Origin: a virus
Length of the DNA stretch: 64,000 nt
Virus record (IMG/VR): IMGVR_UViG_3300037427_000542
Location: 1 to 64,000 of that record
Reading direction: 5' to 3' (one strand)
Part shown: piece after piece, positions 29,219 to 38,773 of the stretch
Position numbering within the stretch: the stretch's first letter is position 1
How the letters are laid out: each line of letters starts with the position of its first letter
Program-made: the position numbers and the translations under genes
The notes under the pieces: generated by a model
What the model was told of the DNA's origin: nothing
Seen by the model: the letters and a program-made list of their open reading frames with translations, nothing else
Databases searched by the model: none

Positions 29219-30766
29219 ATGAAACACTTAAATGTGAAAGCCCTACTATTAGTAGGACTATTTTTCGTTATGACACCAGTAAAGGCGTCAGATGTAGAAG
29301 AAGTGATAGTGATCGGAGCTAATATAGCTCAAGGTTATTCTCAGCCAGAGTATGATGGCTCTGTAATAGAAGCATTAGATCCCACAAGAGTCTTTCAGCC
29401 AGGAGGCGTAGGCGGATTTGTAGGAGCAACAACACATGGAACAGATGTAAAACATACAGCTGTATATAGGAACGGAATTCCTGTTAACGACCCTGGCTCA
29501 GGGTGGTATGACTTTGGAACAGAAGTGCCTACATTCCAAACATTTAAAACAATCTCAGGACCTAATAGTACTTTGTATGGTAGTTCTTCAATGGCAGGAA
29601 CAATACTTATGGAAGATACTTTTGATGGCAATAACTTTTTTACTAAAGGAGGAGACGGATTATTCTTTGTACAAGGTGGAACAGACTGGTTTCACATATC
29701 TAGATACAAAGGTTCCAACGGCTCTGTAAAAACAGATAACAACGAAGAAGATTGGTTTGAGAATGTAACACTTAAAACAAAAACAGAACTTGGTAATTGG
29801 AAAATAATTAATGTCCTACAGGATTACAAATATGATTATGATTCCTGTTACGACAGCAGTTGGTCTAAGATAGATACATGTACACAAGAAGGCACTAAGA
29901 CAGATATTTCAGTAAGAAATGATTGGCTTACTGCTGGTTATAGTATGAATGATGTAACACATAACACAGGCTGGTCTGCTAAAAGTGAACGCTATTTTGT
30001 AGATGCTAATAAAGAAGTATTACCTGGTTTAATTCTAGGAGCACAGAACAATCAAGAAAAATATAATGATAAGTGGGATAATAGAACAGGTGTCTATGCC
30101 AACTACAATTTAAATGAATTTGGTTTTGGATATAGATTTGAGGAAAACGAACACATTTATAGAGTAGGTTATACTACACAAGGATTTAATCTATCCCTGG
30201 CAAATAGTTTTAGAAAGCCAAACTTATATGAAAGATATGGTGACGACTGGACATTTGCTAATCCTAATCTAAAACCTGAGAAAGGAAAAGGTGTTGAAGC
30301 ATCTTATGGAGATGTTACAGCATGGTACTACGAATTTTCTGAAGGTATTGATTATAGTTACATGACATCTAGCTATGTGAATGTTGGTTCATACGATAGC
30401 AAGGGCATTAAATATAGTAATCATATTCTAACAGACAAAGGAGCCTTCCATGTGTTCGTACAATACACAGATTCAGACAGAATTAGAGTACCCAAATATA
30501 AAACAAAACTATCCTGGTATGGTGGTTCTGTATATGGATTTGACTACATGTTATCTTATGTAGGACAATTTGAAAAAGGATTAGAGTTTGATGGCAGACC
30601 TATTGATGATGTGTCTACATTCAACTTTAATATGGGATATTATCTAACACCCAGATACCGCGTAGGACTCCAAATTACTGACATTTTAGACAGAAATTTT
30701 GAGATTTTACCCGATTATTCAGCAGGTGGAAGGACAATTTCCTTGTCCTTAGACCTAAGTCTTTGA
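29219..30766 (+). CDS. TonB-dependent outer-membrane receptor (BtuB-like, compact)
   Basis: Signal peptide, TonB box EEVIVIG, plug VYRNGIPVND...GPNSTLYGSSSMAGTI, FRKPNLYE, NPNLKPE, C-terminal Y...GRTISLSL. Confidence 0.85.
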   Translation: MKHLNVKALLLVGLFFVMTPVKASDVEEVIVIGANIAQGYSQPEYDGSVIEALDPTRVFQPGGVGGFVGATTHGTDVKHTAVYRNGIPVNDPGSGWYDFGTEVPTFQTFKTISGPNSTLYGSSSMAGTILMEDTFDGNNFFTKGGDGLFFVQGGTDWFHISRYKGSNGSVKTDNNEEDWFENVTLKTKTELGNWKIINVLQDYKYDYDSCYDSSWSKIDTCTQEGTKTDISVRNDWLTAGYSMNDVTHNTGWSAKSERYFVDANKEVLPGLILGAQNNQEKYNDKWDNRTGVYANYNLNEFGFGYRFEENEHIYRVGYTTQGFNLSLANSFRKPNLYERYGDDWTFANPNLKPEKGKGVEASYGDVTAWYYEFSEGIDYSYMTSSYVNVGSYDSKGIKYSNHILTDKGAFHVFVQYTDSDRIRVPKYKTKLSWYGGSVYGFDYMLSYVGQFEKGLEFDGRPIDDVSTFNFNMGYYLTPRYRVGLQITDILDRNFEILPDYSAGGRTISLSLDLSL

Positions 30767-30807
30767 TCTAACAGGAGAAAAGACTTCAAAAGATTAGCAT
30801 AAAGTGC

Positions 30808-30836
30808 TTGACTCTTGGTTCTTAAGAGTGCATAAT
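30808..30836 (+). promoter_or_regulatory. Sigma70-type promoter with spacer dyad (vWA gene)
   Basis: TTGACT-CTTGGTTCTTAAGAGTG-CATAAT. Confidence 0.85.
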
Positions 30837-30876
30837 AGTATACATAATAAAGAAACAAGTAAAAAGTGAGGACTTT

Positions 30877-33429
30877 ATGCCAAATCAAATAGAAGTAAAA
30901 TCAATATTAGCCAAGTTATTAGCTACTGAAGACATCAGTGTTGAGCATGATGCGAAAGCACCAACAGCAGCATTTGATGTTAAAAACAGAAAGCTATATC
31001 TTCCAATGTGGAAGGACATGTCTAATGATATGTACGATCTATTTGTTGGACATGAAGTAGGACATGCACACGAAACTCCAGAAGAAGGATGGCATGATAC
31101 AGTTATTGATAACCCTTCACTTAAAGGCTTTCTTAACATTATAGAAGACGCTAGAATTGAGCGTAAAGTAAAAGAAAGATATCCTGGACTTGTTAAGTCA
31201 TTCCACAAAGGCTACCAAGAATTATTCGACAAAGACTTTTTTGGTGTTAAGGATAGAGACTTAACCAAACTTCCATTTGTAGATAGAGTAAATCTTCATT
31301 TTAAAATTGGACACTTACTTGGTCTTAAATTTACAGAAACAGAACAGAACTTCCTAGACAGAGTTGCAAAGACTGAAACATGGGAAGATGTAGAGTTACT
31401 TGCTAATGAACTAGCAGACATTTCCAAACAAGAAGCTGAGGACAGACAAGACGAACTAGAACCACTTCAACAGATGTTAGATGATTTAATGTCAGAAATG
31501 AATGATGCTCAAGAACAACAACCTTCATGGGACGACTATCAACCAGCTCACCAGAAAGAAGAAGAGTCAGAAGATGGCGAGGGTGAAGGCGAAGGCGAAG
31601 GTGAGGAAGACGATACTAAAGATGAATGGGGTAACCCTAAGCCAGGTACTCCAGGCGGTTCACAAGGCGAAGACGAGACAGAAGAAGAGTACTTAAAAAG
31701 AAACGAGAAAGAATGGGAAGCAGAACAACTAAAACGCCAAGAAGAAAGAGCTCGTAGACAAAAAGAATGGGAAGCAGAACAAAAAGCTGAAGAACTTTTT
31801 GCCAAAGACAAACAAGAAAACAAAAAGAAACAAGAAGAGCTTAAAGAAGCTATTGAAGAAGTTGAAAAGATGCATGGCTTCCTAGACAACGAAGGCCAAA
31901 AATCAATTACAGATGAGGAGTTTAGAAGAAACGAATCAGAACTTGTTGATGTAGACGCTAAACCAATCCAATACATTAGCCCTCAGAAAATGTTCAAGTC
32001 TAAAGACTGGATTGTTTCAATGGACGAACTATATGATTGGGAAAAATCAATTGAATTATCAGAAGTTACAAAGACTAGCGATGAATATTATGGTTATGAC
32101 GATAAAGAAGTTCCTAACTCAGAACTTAAAGGCATAGCTTCTAAGTTATATCAAGAGTTTCTTAAGGACACAGCTCCAGTAATAGCATCCATGGCTCAAC
32201 AGTTTGAACTTAAAAAAGCAGCAGCTGCTAACAAGAAGGCTAGAGAAGCTAAGTCAGGTGATCTTAATGAGGACAAGCTTTGGGCTTACAAATTGACTGA
32301 GGATTTATTCCAAAAGAATATGATTGTTCCTAACGGTAAGAATCATGGTATCATAATGTATGTTGATTTATCAGGTAGCATGCACAGACAAATGGAAGGT
32401 ACTCTAGAACAGATGATGAATATGGCAATGTTCTGCAGAAAAGTTAACATTCCATTTGATGTATATGGTTTCTCAAACAATCGTCCATATGATTATGATA
32501 CTAGAGAGTCTACTAGTCCTTGGAGTGAGAATAGAGACATGAACAAAAAGGCAATGCAGAATGTAGAAGACGGCGAAATCCTAATGACGGATGAGAATTT
32601 TGCACTTGTTCATATGTTAAGCTCAACATGTAAGAAAACAGATTTCATCAACGCAATGTCATACTTATTACTTATGAAAATAGGTTATGGTAGAGGTAGA
32701 TATTACTCAGATGTTTATAATAATGATAACCCTTACCATGGAAATATCAGTAACGAATACTTTAGACTAGGAGGCACACCTCTTAATTCAGCAGTAATAC
32801 TAGCAACTGAAGTGGCTAAGACTTTCCAAAAGAAATACAATGTAGAATTACTTACTACAATATTCTTAACAGACGGTGGTGCTACAGACGGTGTTACATA
32901 CAGAAAAGCAGAAAGAGACTCTGAGGACAGAGTAGGAACTGATAGTGTATACTCAGATCAGATTGCTATTAAAGACGGTCCAATAGTAACTAGACTTCCA
33001 CAGAAAGATGGTTACTCCAGAAGAGATAATGTTACTACACAGACACTCTTAGAACATTACAAAAGAGTTACTGGCTCTACACTAATCAACTTCCACATTG
33101 TTGACGGTAAAAGAGATGCCTTCCACTCAGAACATCAAGCAGATGTTTGGATGGATGAAGGTAAAGAAGCAGATTACTATATGTCCAGCGATTGGATTGA
33201 GAATGTATGGAAAGATGTACTTGCCAAGAAGTTTGCAGTTACTACTCCTAAATTTGGATACGACGCTAGGTTCCTTCTTAAAGGCAGAGATGATCTTAAG
33301 ATTGAGAACAAAGAGTTAACTGTTAAGTCTAATAAGAAAGGAGACTTACTTAGAGGTTTCAGAAACTTCAACAAAGGCAAGAAGACTTCTAGAACATTCC
33401 TTAACCAAATCATCGATATGGTAGCTTAG
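30877..33429 (+). CDS. CobT-like protein: N-terminal HExxH domain, acidic linker, C-terminal vWA (MIDAS) domain
   Basis: HEVGHA, NIIEDARIE, VDLSGSM, GGTPL, LTDG. Confidence 0.85.
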   Translation: MPNQIEVKSILAKLLATEDISVEHDAKAPTAAFDVKNRKLYLPMWKDMSNDMYDLFVGHEVGHAHETPEEGWHDTVIDNPSLKGFLNIIEDARIERKVKERYPGLVKSFHKGYQELFDKDFFGVKDRDLTKLPFVDRVNLHFKIGHLLGLKFTETEQNFLDRVAKTETWEDVELLANELADISKQEAEDRQDELEPLQQMLDDLMSEMNDAQEQQPSWDDYQPAHQKEEESEDGEGEGEGEGEEDDTKDEWGNPKPGTPGGSQGEDETEEEYLKRNEKEWEAEQLKRQEERARRQKEWEAEQKAEELFAKDKQENKKKQEELKEAIEEVEKMHGFLDNEGQKSITDEEFRRNESELVDVDAKPIQYISPQKMFKSKDWIVSMDELYDWEKSIELSEVTKTSDEYYGYDDKEVPNSELKGIASKLYQEFLKDTAPVIASMAQQFELKKAAAANKKAREAKSGDLNEDKLWAYKLTEDLFQKNMIVPNGKNHGIIMYVDLSGSMHRQMEGTLEQMMNMAMFCRKVNIPFDVYGFSNNRPYDYDTRESTSPWSENRDMNKKAMQNVEDGEILMTDENFALVHMLSSTCKKTDFINAMSYLLLMKIGYGRGRYYSDVYNNDNPYHGNISNEYFRLGGTPLNSAVILATEVAKTFQKKYNVELLTTIFLTDGGATDGVTYRKAERDSEDRVGTDSVYSDQIAIKDGPIVTRLPQKDGYSRRDNVTTQTLLEHYKRVTGSTLINFHIVDGKRDAFHSEHQADVWMDEGKEADYYMSSDWIENVWKDVLAKKFAVTTPKFGYDARFLLKGRDDLKIENKELTVKSNKKGDLLRGFRNFNKGKKTSRTFLNQIIDMVA

Positions 33430-33574
33430 ATGATAGAACTACTAGAAAACGGCTCTACTAGCACCCCTCTAAGGGGTGGCCTAGTACCAGGTAATACACT
33501 AGGTACCCTGGATTTAGCCCCTGCCATAGCCCCTCTAAGGGAGAAAAAGATTTCAAAAGAATGTAATAAAATGC

Positions 33575-33603
33575 TTGACTCTTGGTTCGCCAGAGTGCAT
33601 AAT
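33575..33603 (+). promoter_or_regulatory. Sigma70-type promoter with spacer dyad (AAA gene)
   Basis: TTGACT-CTTGGTTCGCCAGAGTG-CATAAT. Confidence 0.85.
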
Positions 33604-33640
33604 ACATGTATATTAAATAATAAAAGTGAGGACTTATATA

Positions 33641-34828
33641 ATGAAAGCAATAGATAGAGAAAACTTAATCCAGACCCTACAGTCACAGGACAACGGTACT
33701 GGAGTTTTTACCCGTAAACAAATCATCGAAACAGCTAGCTCAATAGGCTTAGGTTTCCCAGCATGGTTGGTGAACGGCAAGCCAGAAGTCAAAGTTGACA
33801 GAGGCGTTTATAATTTAACCAGTATGTTTGGTGGACAGGTTGCTCAGGCACAGCCCATTGAACAGGCTCAACAAGCACCTTTAGCAGTGGTTGAAACCCA
33901 AGCTCCACAGGTGTTGGTACAAGCTAAATTAGCTGTAGAAGTAGACGATCTTATCCCAGGAAAAGATGCTACTTTTGTACCATTTGGATTTTACAAGGAC
34001 TTGAAAACAGTTCTTAGCACTAGCATGTTCTACCCAATATTCATTTCAGGCTTATCAGGTAATGGTAAGACTACAATGGTTGAACAAGTATGTGCAAACC
34101 TAAAGCGTGAGGCTATTAGAGTAAATATTAGTATTGAAACTGATGAGGATGATTTAATCGGTGGCAATACACTAGTTGACGGTAATGTCGTCTATAGAGA
34201 AGGGCCCGTCCTCACCGCGATGAAGCGGGGCGCTGTTCTCATACTTGATGAAGTGGATAGGGGTTCGAACAAGCTGATGTGCTTACAAGCCATCCTTGAG
34301 GGGAAGCCTTACTTCAACAAGAAGACTGGCGAAACCGTAACTCCTGCTCCTGGATTTAACTTAGTGGCCACGGCCAATACTAAGGGTCGAGGTTCAGATG
34401 ATGGCAAATTTATTTCTGCCAACATACTCGACGAGGCATTCCTTGAAAGGTTTGCAATCACAGTCGAGCAGGAGTACCCTACAATGGCTACCGAGAAGAA
34501 GATTATTGTTAAGAAGATGGAAAAGGTCAACAATGTAGACCAAGACTTCGCGACACACCTTGTTACTTGGAGTGATGTTATTCGTAAAACATATTACGAA
34601 GGTGCCATCGACGAACTTATTTCAACTCGTAGGTTGGAGCACATTGTTAACGCTTTTGCAGTGTTCAAGGACAAGCAAAAGGCTGTTCAACTTTGTGTTA
34701 ATAGGTTCGACGAAGACACAAAAGAGGCATTCATTGATTTGTATGCCAAGGTTGATCCAACTGTTGAATTAGAACAGCAGATGGAAGAAAATGCAGAACA
34801 GGAGATACATGAAGATGGCGAAGAATAA
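33641..34828 (+). CDS. MoxR/CobS-like AAA+ ATPase
   Basis: GLSGNGKT, LILDEVD, ATANTKGRG, LDEAFLERF, ISTRRL; ATG at 33641 after GAGGA. Confidence 0.92.
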   Translation: MKAIDRENLIQTLQSQDNGTGVFTRKQIIETASSIGLGFPAWLVNGKPEVKVDRGVYNLTSMFGGQVAQAQPIEQAQQAPLAVVETQAPQVLVQAKLAVEVDDLIPGKDATFVPFGFYKDLKTVLSTSMFYPIFISGLSGNGKTTMVEQVCANLKREAIRVNISIETDEDDLIGGNTLVDGNVVYREGPVLTAMKRGAVLILDEVDRGSNKLMCLQAILEGKPYFNKKTGETVTPAPGFNLVATANTKGRGSDDGKFISANILDEAFLERFAITVEQEYPTMATEKKIIVKKMEKVNNVDQDFATHLVTWSDVIRKTYYEGAIDELISTRRLEHIVNAFAVFKDKQKAVQLCVNRFDEDTKEAFIDLYAKVDPTVELEQQMEENAEQEIHEDGEE

Positions 34829-35123
34829 AACGCCAGAGTATAAGTTCAACGAAGGAGCTCTCATTAGGGAGCTCCAATCGTATATCGACAAGACATACTC
34901 TGGACATTACAGCAGAAACAAATTTCAATCCACAGAATTTATTAGTGATTGTGGACATGGAATTGGATTTACAATTGGAAACATTCTGAAATACGCACAA
35001 CGATATGGTAGAAAAGGCACCACAGAGGACCATAGAAAGGATCTTATGAAGGTATTACACTACGGCATTATAGCGCTCTCAGAACACGACAAAAATACCG
35101 TAAAGCATTATTTAGACGATTAA
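34809..35123 (+). CDS. DUF3310-like conserved phage protein
   Basis: YIDKTYSGHY, GF..GNILKYAQRYG.K, DL.K..HY. Confidence 0.7.
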   Translation: MKMAKNKTPEYKFNEGALIRELQSYIDKTYSGHYSRNKFQSTEFISDCGHGIGFTIGNILKYAQRYGRKGTTEDHRKDLMKVLHYGIIALSEHDKNTVKHYLDD

Positions 35124-35128
35124 ACTCT

Positions 35129-35136
35129 TATAAATA
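35129..35136 (+). promoter_or_regulatory. Late promoter TATAAATA
   Basis: Exact consensus upstream of the 35171 operon. Confidence 0.75.
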
Positions 35137-35170
35137 AGATAGTAAGTACAGTTTAACTAAAGGAAAAACA

Positions 35171-35497
35171 ATGGCGTATACAGTAACAATGACATTTACG
35201 AGACCAGATGAGTCAACTGAATTGCCTACTTTACAGGCGATCAATTCATCTCACAAGACATCTGCTGACACAGTAATGTCAGAGAACGGTGTTGCTAAAA
35301 CTTATGATATAGATGGACTAGTAACAAGAGTCATCTATACTGCAGAAGATAAAGCTACATACGATAGTGCTAAGGCACTTGCTGATGATTTATCAGATGA
35401 ATCAACAGTTAGAACAACATATAAATCGCAATGTGAAGCAGCTAATATTACTTGTTCAGTGGTAGATTCAGACGGTACTACAATCACAAGTTTCTAA
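35171..35497 (+). CDS. Hypothetical protein
   Basis: 108-aa Thr-rich ORF with SD after a late promoter. Confidence 0.7.
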   Translation: MAYTVTMTFTRPDESTELPTLQAINSSHKTSADTVMSENGVAKTYDIDGLVTRVIYTAEDKATYDSAKALADDLSDESTVRTTYKSQCEAANITCSVVDSDGTTITSF

Positions 35498-35516
35498 AAC
35501 AACAGAGGTTTATATT

Positions 35517-36278
35517 ATGAATTTTGGTGAAAGAATAAATTACGAGCTTGACAATCATGTCGCCGTTTTAACAGTAAACGGAGTAGGTCCTCTCAATATA
35601 ATCGACATACCGTTTTACAACGGATACAACGATGCTCTAGTAGAATTTAGAGAAGATGATTCTAGAGTTTTACTTATCAAGTCAGGCAATCCAGATCACT
35701 TTACAGCAGGTTTTGAAGTAGACACAATCATTGAAGGCATGAAGTCAGGCGCTGCTGGTAATACAATTACAGACAATGATATGGTTACACCTAAACCTAT
35801 TATATCAGCAATCAAAGGTTTTTGTATTGGAGAAGGTGTAGGTTTGATGTTGGCAAGTGATTTTGTATTTGCAGATTCTAATCTAAAAATTGCCTGTCCA
35901 GAAACAAAACTAGGATTTAATGCTGTTACAATGCAGGTTAAATTCACTCAAAGAATTGGACACAATAGAACAATGGAATTTATGATGGGAGACATGCACG
36001 ATGTTCATTGGTTAGATAGAGTAGGATTATGTACAAAGATATGTGATGGAGATGCTGAAGAACAAGCACTAGCATATGCACATAAAATTGCCAATAACAA
36101 TGCACCTATTGCAGTCAGAGGAACAAAAGGTGCCATATGGCATACAGTAAACTCTCATAAGGACGAAGCCATAGACTTTGCTTTGTGGGCTAAGGACATG
36201 ACATTAGACTCTAAAGATATACAAGAAGGTGTGGCAGCTTTCCTAGAAAAAAGAGCACCTGAATTTAAAAATGAATAA
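35517..36278 (+). CDS. Enoyl-CoA hydratase/isomerase (crotonase superfamily)
   Basis: FTAGFE, PKPIISAIKGFCIGEG..LMLASD, PETKLG, D..EGVAAFLEKRAPEF. Confidence 0.9.
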   Translation: MNFGERINYELDNHVAVLTVNGVGPLNIIDIPFYNGYNDALVEFREDDSRVLLIKSGNPDHFTAGFEVDTIIEGMKSGAAGNTITDNDMVTPKPIISAIKGFCIGEGVGLMLASDFVFADSNLKIACPETKLGFNAVTMQVKFTQRIGHNRTMEFMMGDMHDVHWLDRVGLCTKICDGDAEEQALAYAHKIANNNAPIAVRGTKGAIWHTVNSHKDEAIDFALWAKDMTLDSKDIQEGVAAFLEKRAPEFKNE

Positions 36279-37227
36279 AGAGGATCAACCTTTAAGACAA
36301 ACAAGACTAGGAGAGCATGGTTGTTTATCCTTTGCAGCTAGTCCTGGTTTAAAATATAAATGGTTATTACATGAGTCCCCAAGTTGGTTTGCCAGAGCTA
36401 AGAAAGTTCAAGGACCTGATTGGTATTGGAGTGGAGATGTAGAGCCAGTAGAATATGTATTTGATTCTTTAGGTTTTAGAAACAATAAAACAATACAAGA
36501 AATTAGCAACAATAAAAAATGGTGGTTAGTTGATGGTTCCTGTCTTGGCCTGGCTCCTGGAGTTCATACAAAAGATATGATGTCTAATGCTATAACTGAA
36601 TACACAGACATTCCTACCTATAATATGAGTATATATGGAGGAAGACCTGAGTTTATTGTTAATAATATATTAGAACTGTCTAAAAGATGGCAGAACCCAC
36701 CTAGTAAAATTATATTATACCTGGCAGAAAATCCTACAGGAACATACAAATTAAAAAATTCTAATCAAATTATAAATTTGGATTATGCTGGTTCTATGTT
36801 AAAGGGTGGCAAGGCTTTTGACTTTTTTAAATCCTATGAGGAAGAAAGTATTTCAGTAGGTCAACATAGGTTGGCATATAAAACGATAATAGATTTGTGT
36901 ATGAGTTTAAATATACCTTTAACTTGGCTCTACGCAGGATATGAATCCGATCTATCTATTCCTAATTTTGATATTTTTCAAGATCAGGATATTTTAGAGT
37001 GGTTCGGTTTTGCATCAACAGGATTTTTTGAAAAGGATGATTCTTTTGAAGTGAAACAAAACAAAGTTAAGGATATGATTATAAAACCTTTTATTGAATG
37101 CAAACAACCTTCAGATAAAACATTAGATGAAGTGGGGCGAGACTTATATCACCCTAGTGCAGCACAACAAAGGTTGTGGGCACAGAAAATTACACAACAT
37201 TTTCTGGAAACAAAAAGAAACTTTTAA
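36271..37227 (+). CDS. Hypothetical protein, SGNH-hydrolase-like
   Basis: Y.FDSLGFR, DGSC..G..G, YNMSIYGG, C-terminal RDLYHPS. Confidence 0.55.
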   Translation: MNKEDQPLRQTRLGEHGCLSFAASPGLKYKWLLHESPSWFARAKKVQGPDWYWSGDVEPVEYVFDSLGFRNNKTIQEISNNKKWWLVDGSCLGLAPGVHTKDMMSNAITEYTDIPTYNMSIYGGRPEFIVNNILELSKRWQNPPSKIILYLAENPTGTYKLKNSNQIINLDYAGSMLKGGKAFDFFKSYEEESISVGQHRLAYKTIIDLCMSLNIPLTWLYAGYESDLSIPNFDIFQDQDILEWFGFASTGFFEKDDSFEVKQNKVKDMIIKPFIECKQPSDKTLDEVGRDLYHPSAAQQRLWAQKITQHFLETKRNF

Positions 37228-37243
37228 ATGGTCCTATAGACCA

Positions 37244-37272
37244 TTGACTTTTAGTATGTAAGAGCCTATAAT
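37244..37272 (+). promoter_or_regulatory. Sigma70-type promoter with degenerate dyad (gp45)
   Basis: TTGACT-TTTAGTATGTAAGAGCC-TATAAT. Confidence 0.8.
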
Positions 37273-37303
37273 ACGGTTATAGGTTTAAAAATTGGAGTAT
37301 ATT

Positions 37304-37966
37304 ATGAAACTTAGCAAAGAAACACTTGATGTTCTCAAGAACTTCGCAACTATTAATACGAACATTCTTGTTCGTGAAGGAAATTCGCTCTCGACTATTA
37401 GCACAGGCAAAAACATTTTTGCTAAAGCTGATATTAAAGATCCATTTCCTAAAGAGTTTGCTGTTTATGATTTGAACAGCTTACTTTCCCTACTTACTGT
37501 AATGGAAGATACTGATGTTGGCTTTGGAGACGAAAGTCTTAAAGTTAGCAAAGGCAATTCTGTTTTTGAATATTTTTATGCAGACCCTAACATTATTGTT
37601 AGTGCCCCTGATAAGAATATCGAAGTAGACAACTTCTTCCAGTTCGACTTATCCAAAGATGACATTGACATGATAATGAAGGCAGCAGCTATTACAGCAG
37701 CTCCTATGTTAAGCGTGATAGGAGATGGATCTGAGGTAGTAGTTACAGTAGGAGACCCTGCTACACCTAAGTCTAATTCTTTTAGACAGGTTATAGGACA
37801 AACAGATAAAACATTTGATGCTAGACTAGCTGTTGAAAACTTTAAGGTTGTACCTTCAGGCTATACAGTTATTTTATCTCAGAAGAAATTTATGTTCTTA
37901 GAAAGCAGCAACAATAACTTAAAATATTGGTTGGCGCTTGAGCGTTCATCAGTTATTGGAGAATAA
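37304..37966 (+). CDS. gp45: Sliding clamp
   Basis: MKLSKETLDVLKNFATINTNI, F..EFAVYDLN, YWLALE. Confidence 0.94.
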   Translation: MKLSKETLDVLKNFATINTNILVREGNSLSTISTGKNIFAKADIKDPFPKEFAVYDLNSLLSLLTVMEDTDVGFGDESLKVSKGNSVFEYFYADPNIIVSAPDKNIEVDNFFQFDLSKDDIDMIMKAAAITAAPMLSVIGDGSEVVVTVGDPATPKSNSFRQVIGQTDKTFDARLAVENFKVVPSGYTVILSQKKFMFLESSNNNLKYWLALERSSVIGE

Positions 37967-37968
37967 AG

Positions 37969-38145
37969 ATGGGAGAAGATCAACTAGAAGTAACTATCCG
38001 TGAAGCACAGAATGGCTGGGTAGTTGAATTAAACCGTGAAGGTGAGACAATGGAGTACATTTTCACAAGACCTAATCCAGCTATCAACTTGGTTAGGAAA
38101 GTAATGAAGGGAGAACTAGACCCTTTTGGAGGAGACGATGAGTAG
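37969..38145 (+). CDS. Hypothetical protein (58 aa), not in ORF track
   Basis: MGEDQLEVTIREAQNGWVVELNREG...; SD GGAG; overlaps next start. Confidence 0.65.
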   Translation: MGEDQLEVTIREAQNGWVVELNREGETMEYIFTRPNPAINLVRKVMKGELDPFGGDDE

Positions 38146-38773
38146 TTTGACACCAGTAGTACCTGATTTCACAGTTAAGAAAACTGTGATGACTACAACA
38201 GGAGAAAGAAAGTGGGTTGAGATGAATAATGCTAATCTTTTCGACGGCAAGCGTGTCGTTGTTTTTGGTTTGCCTGGAGCATTTACACCTACATGTTCAA
38301 GCCAGCAATTGCCTGGTTATGAACAAGCGTATTCTCAATTTAGAGATGCAGGTATTGACGACATTTATTGTGTTACAGTAAATGATTCTTTTATTTGCCG
38401 TGAATGGGAAATAGATCAAAATTTAGTTAATGTAAAAATTATTCCTGATGGTAGCGCAGAGTTTACAGTTAAAATGGGTATGGATGTTCGTAAAGACAAT
38501 CTAGGGTTTGGAATTAGATCTTGGAGATACGCAGCTATTATAGACGATGGACATGTTATTCAAGAATTTGTAGAGCCTGGCTTCGCAGACAATTTTGAAG
38601 GCGACCCATATGATATAAGTGCACCTGACAATGTTTTAGATAATGTTAAGGCCTATGGATGGCCTAGCAAGTATGAACAAGGCGTAGATGCTAACGGTAG
38701 TCCAACTACTGAAGGTAAGCAAATTAATCTAGAGTTCTCAGAAACGACAGATGTTAAGGAGACTTTTTCCTAG
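38138..38773 (+). CDS. Peroxiredoxin (Prx5/PGdx type)
   Basis: VVFGLPGAFTPTCSSQQLPG, VNDSF, PDGSAEFT, GFG.RSWRY. Confidence 0.92.
   Translation: MSSLTPVVPDFTVKKTVMTTTGERKWVEMNNANLFDGKRVVVFGLPGAFTPTCSSQQLPGYEQAYSQFRDAGIDDIYCVTVNDSFICREWEIDQNLVNVKIIPDGSAEFTVKMGMDVRKDNLGFGIRSWRYAAIIDDGHVIQEFVEPGFADNFEGDPYDISAPDNVLDNVKAYGWPSKYEQGVDANGSPTTEGKQINLEFSETTDVKETFS

Noticed and set aside
33430-33657. 75-aa ORF between the vWA and AAA genes
   Set aside because: Runs through a hairpin region and a clear promoter; no protein features
30877-34828. Cobalamin biosynthesis (cobS/cobT) interpretation
   Set aside because: No cobN or other cob genes are present; a MoxR/vWA chaperone pair is the more conservative reading
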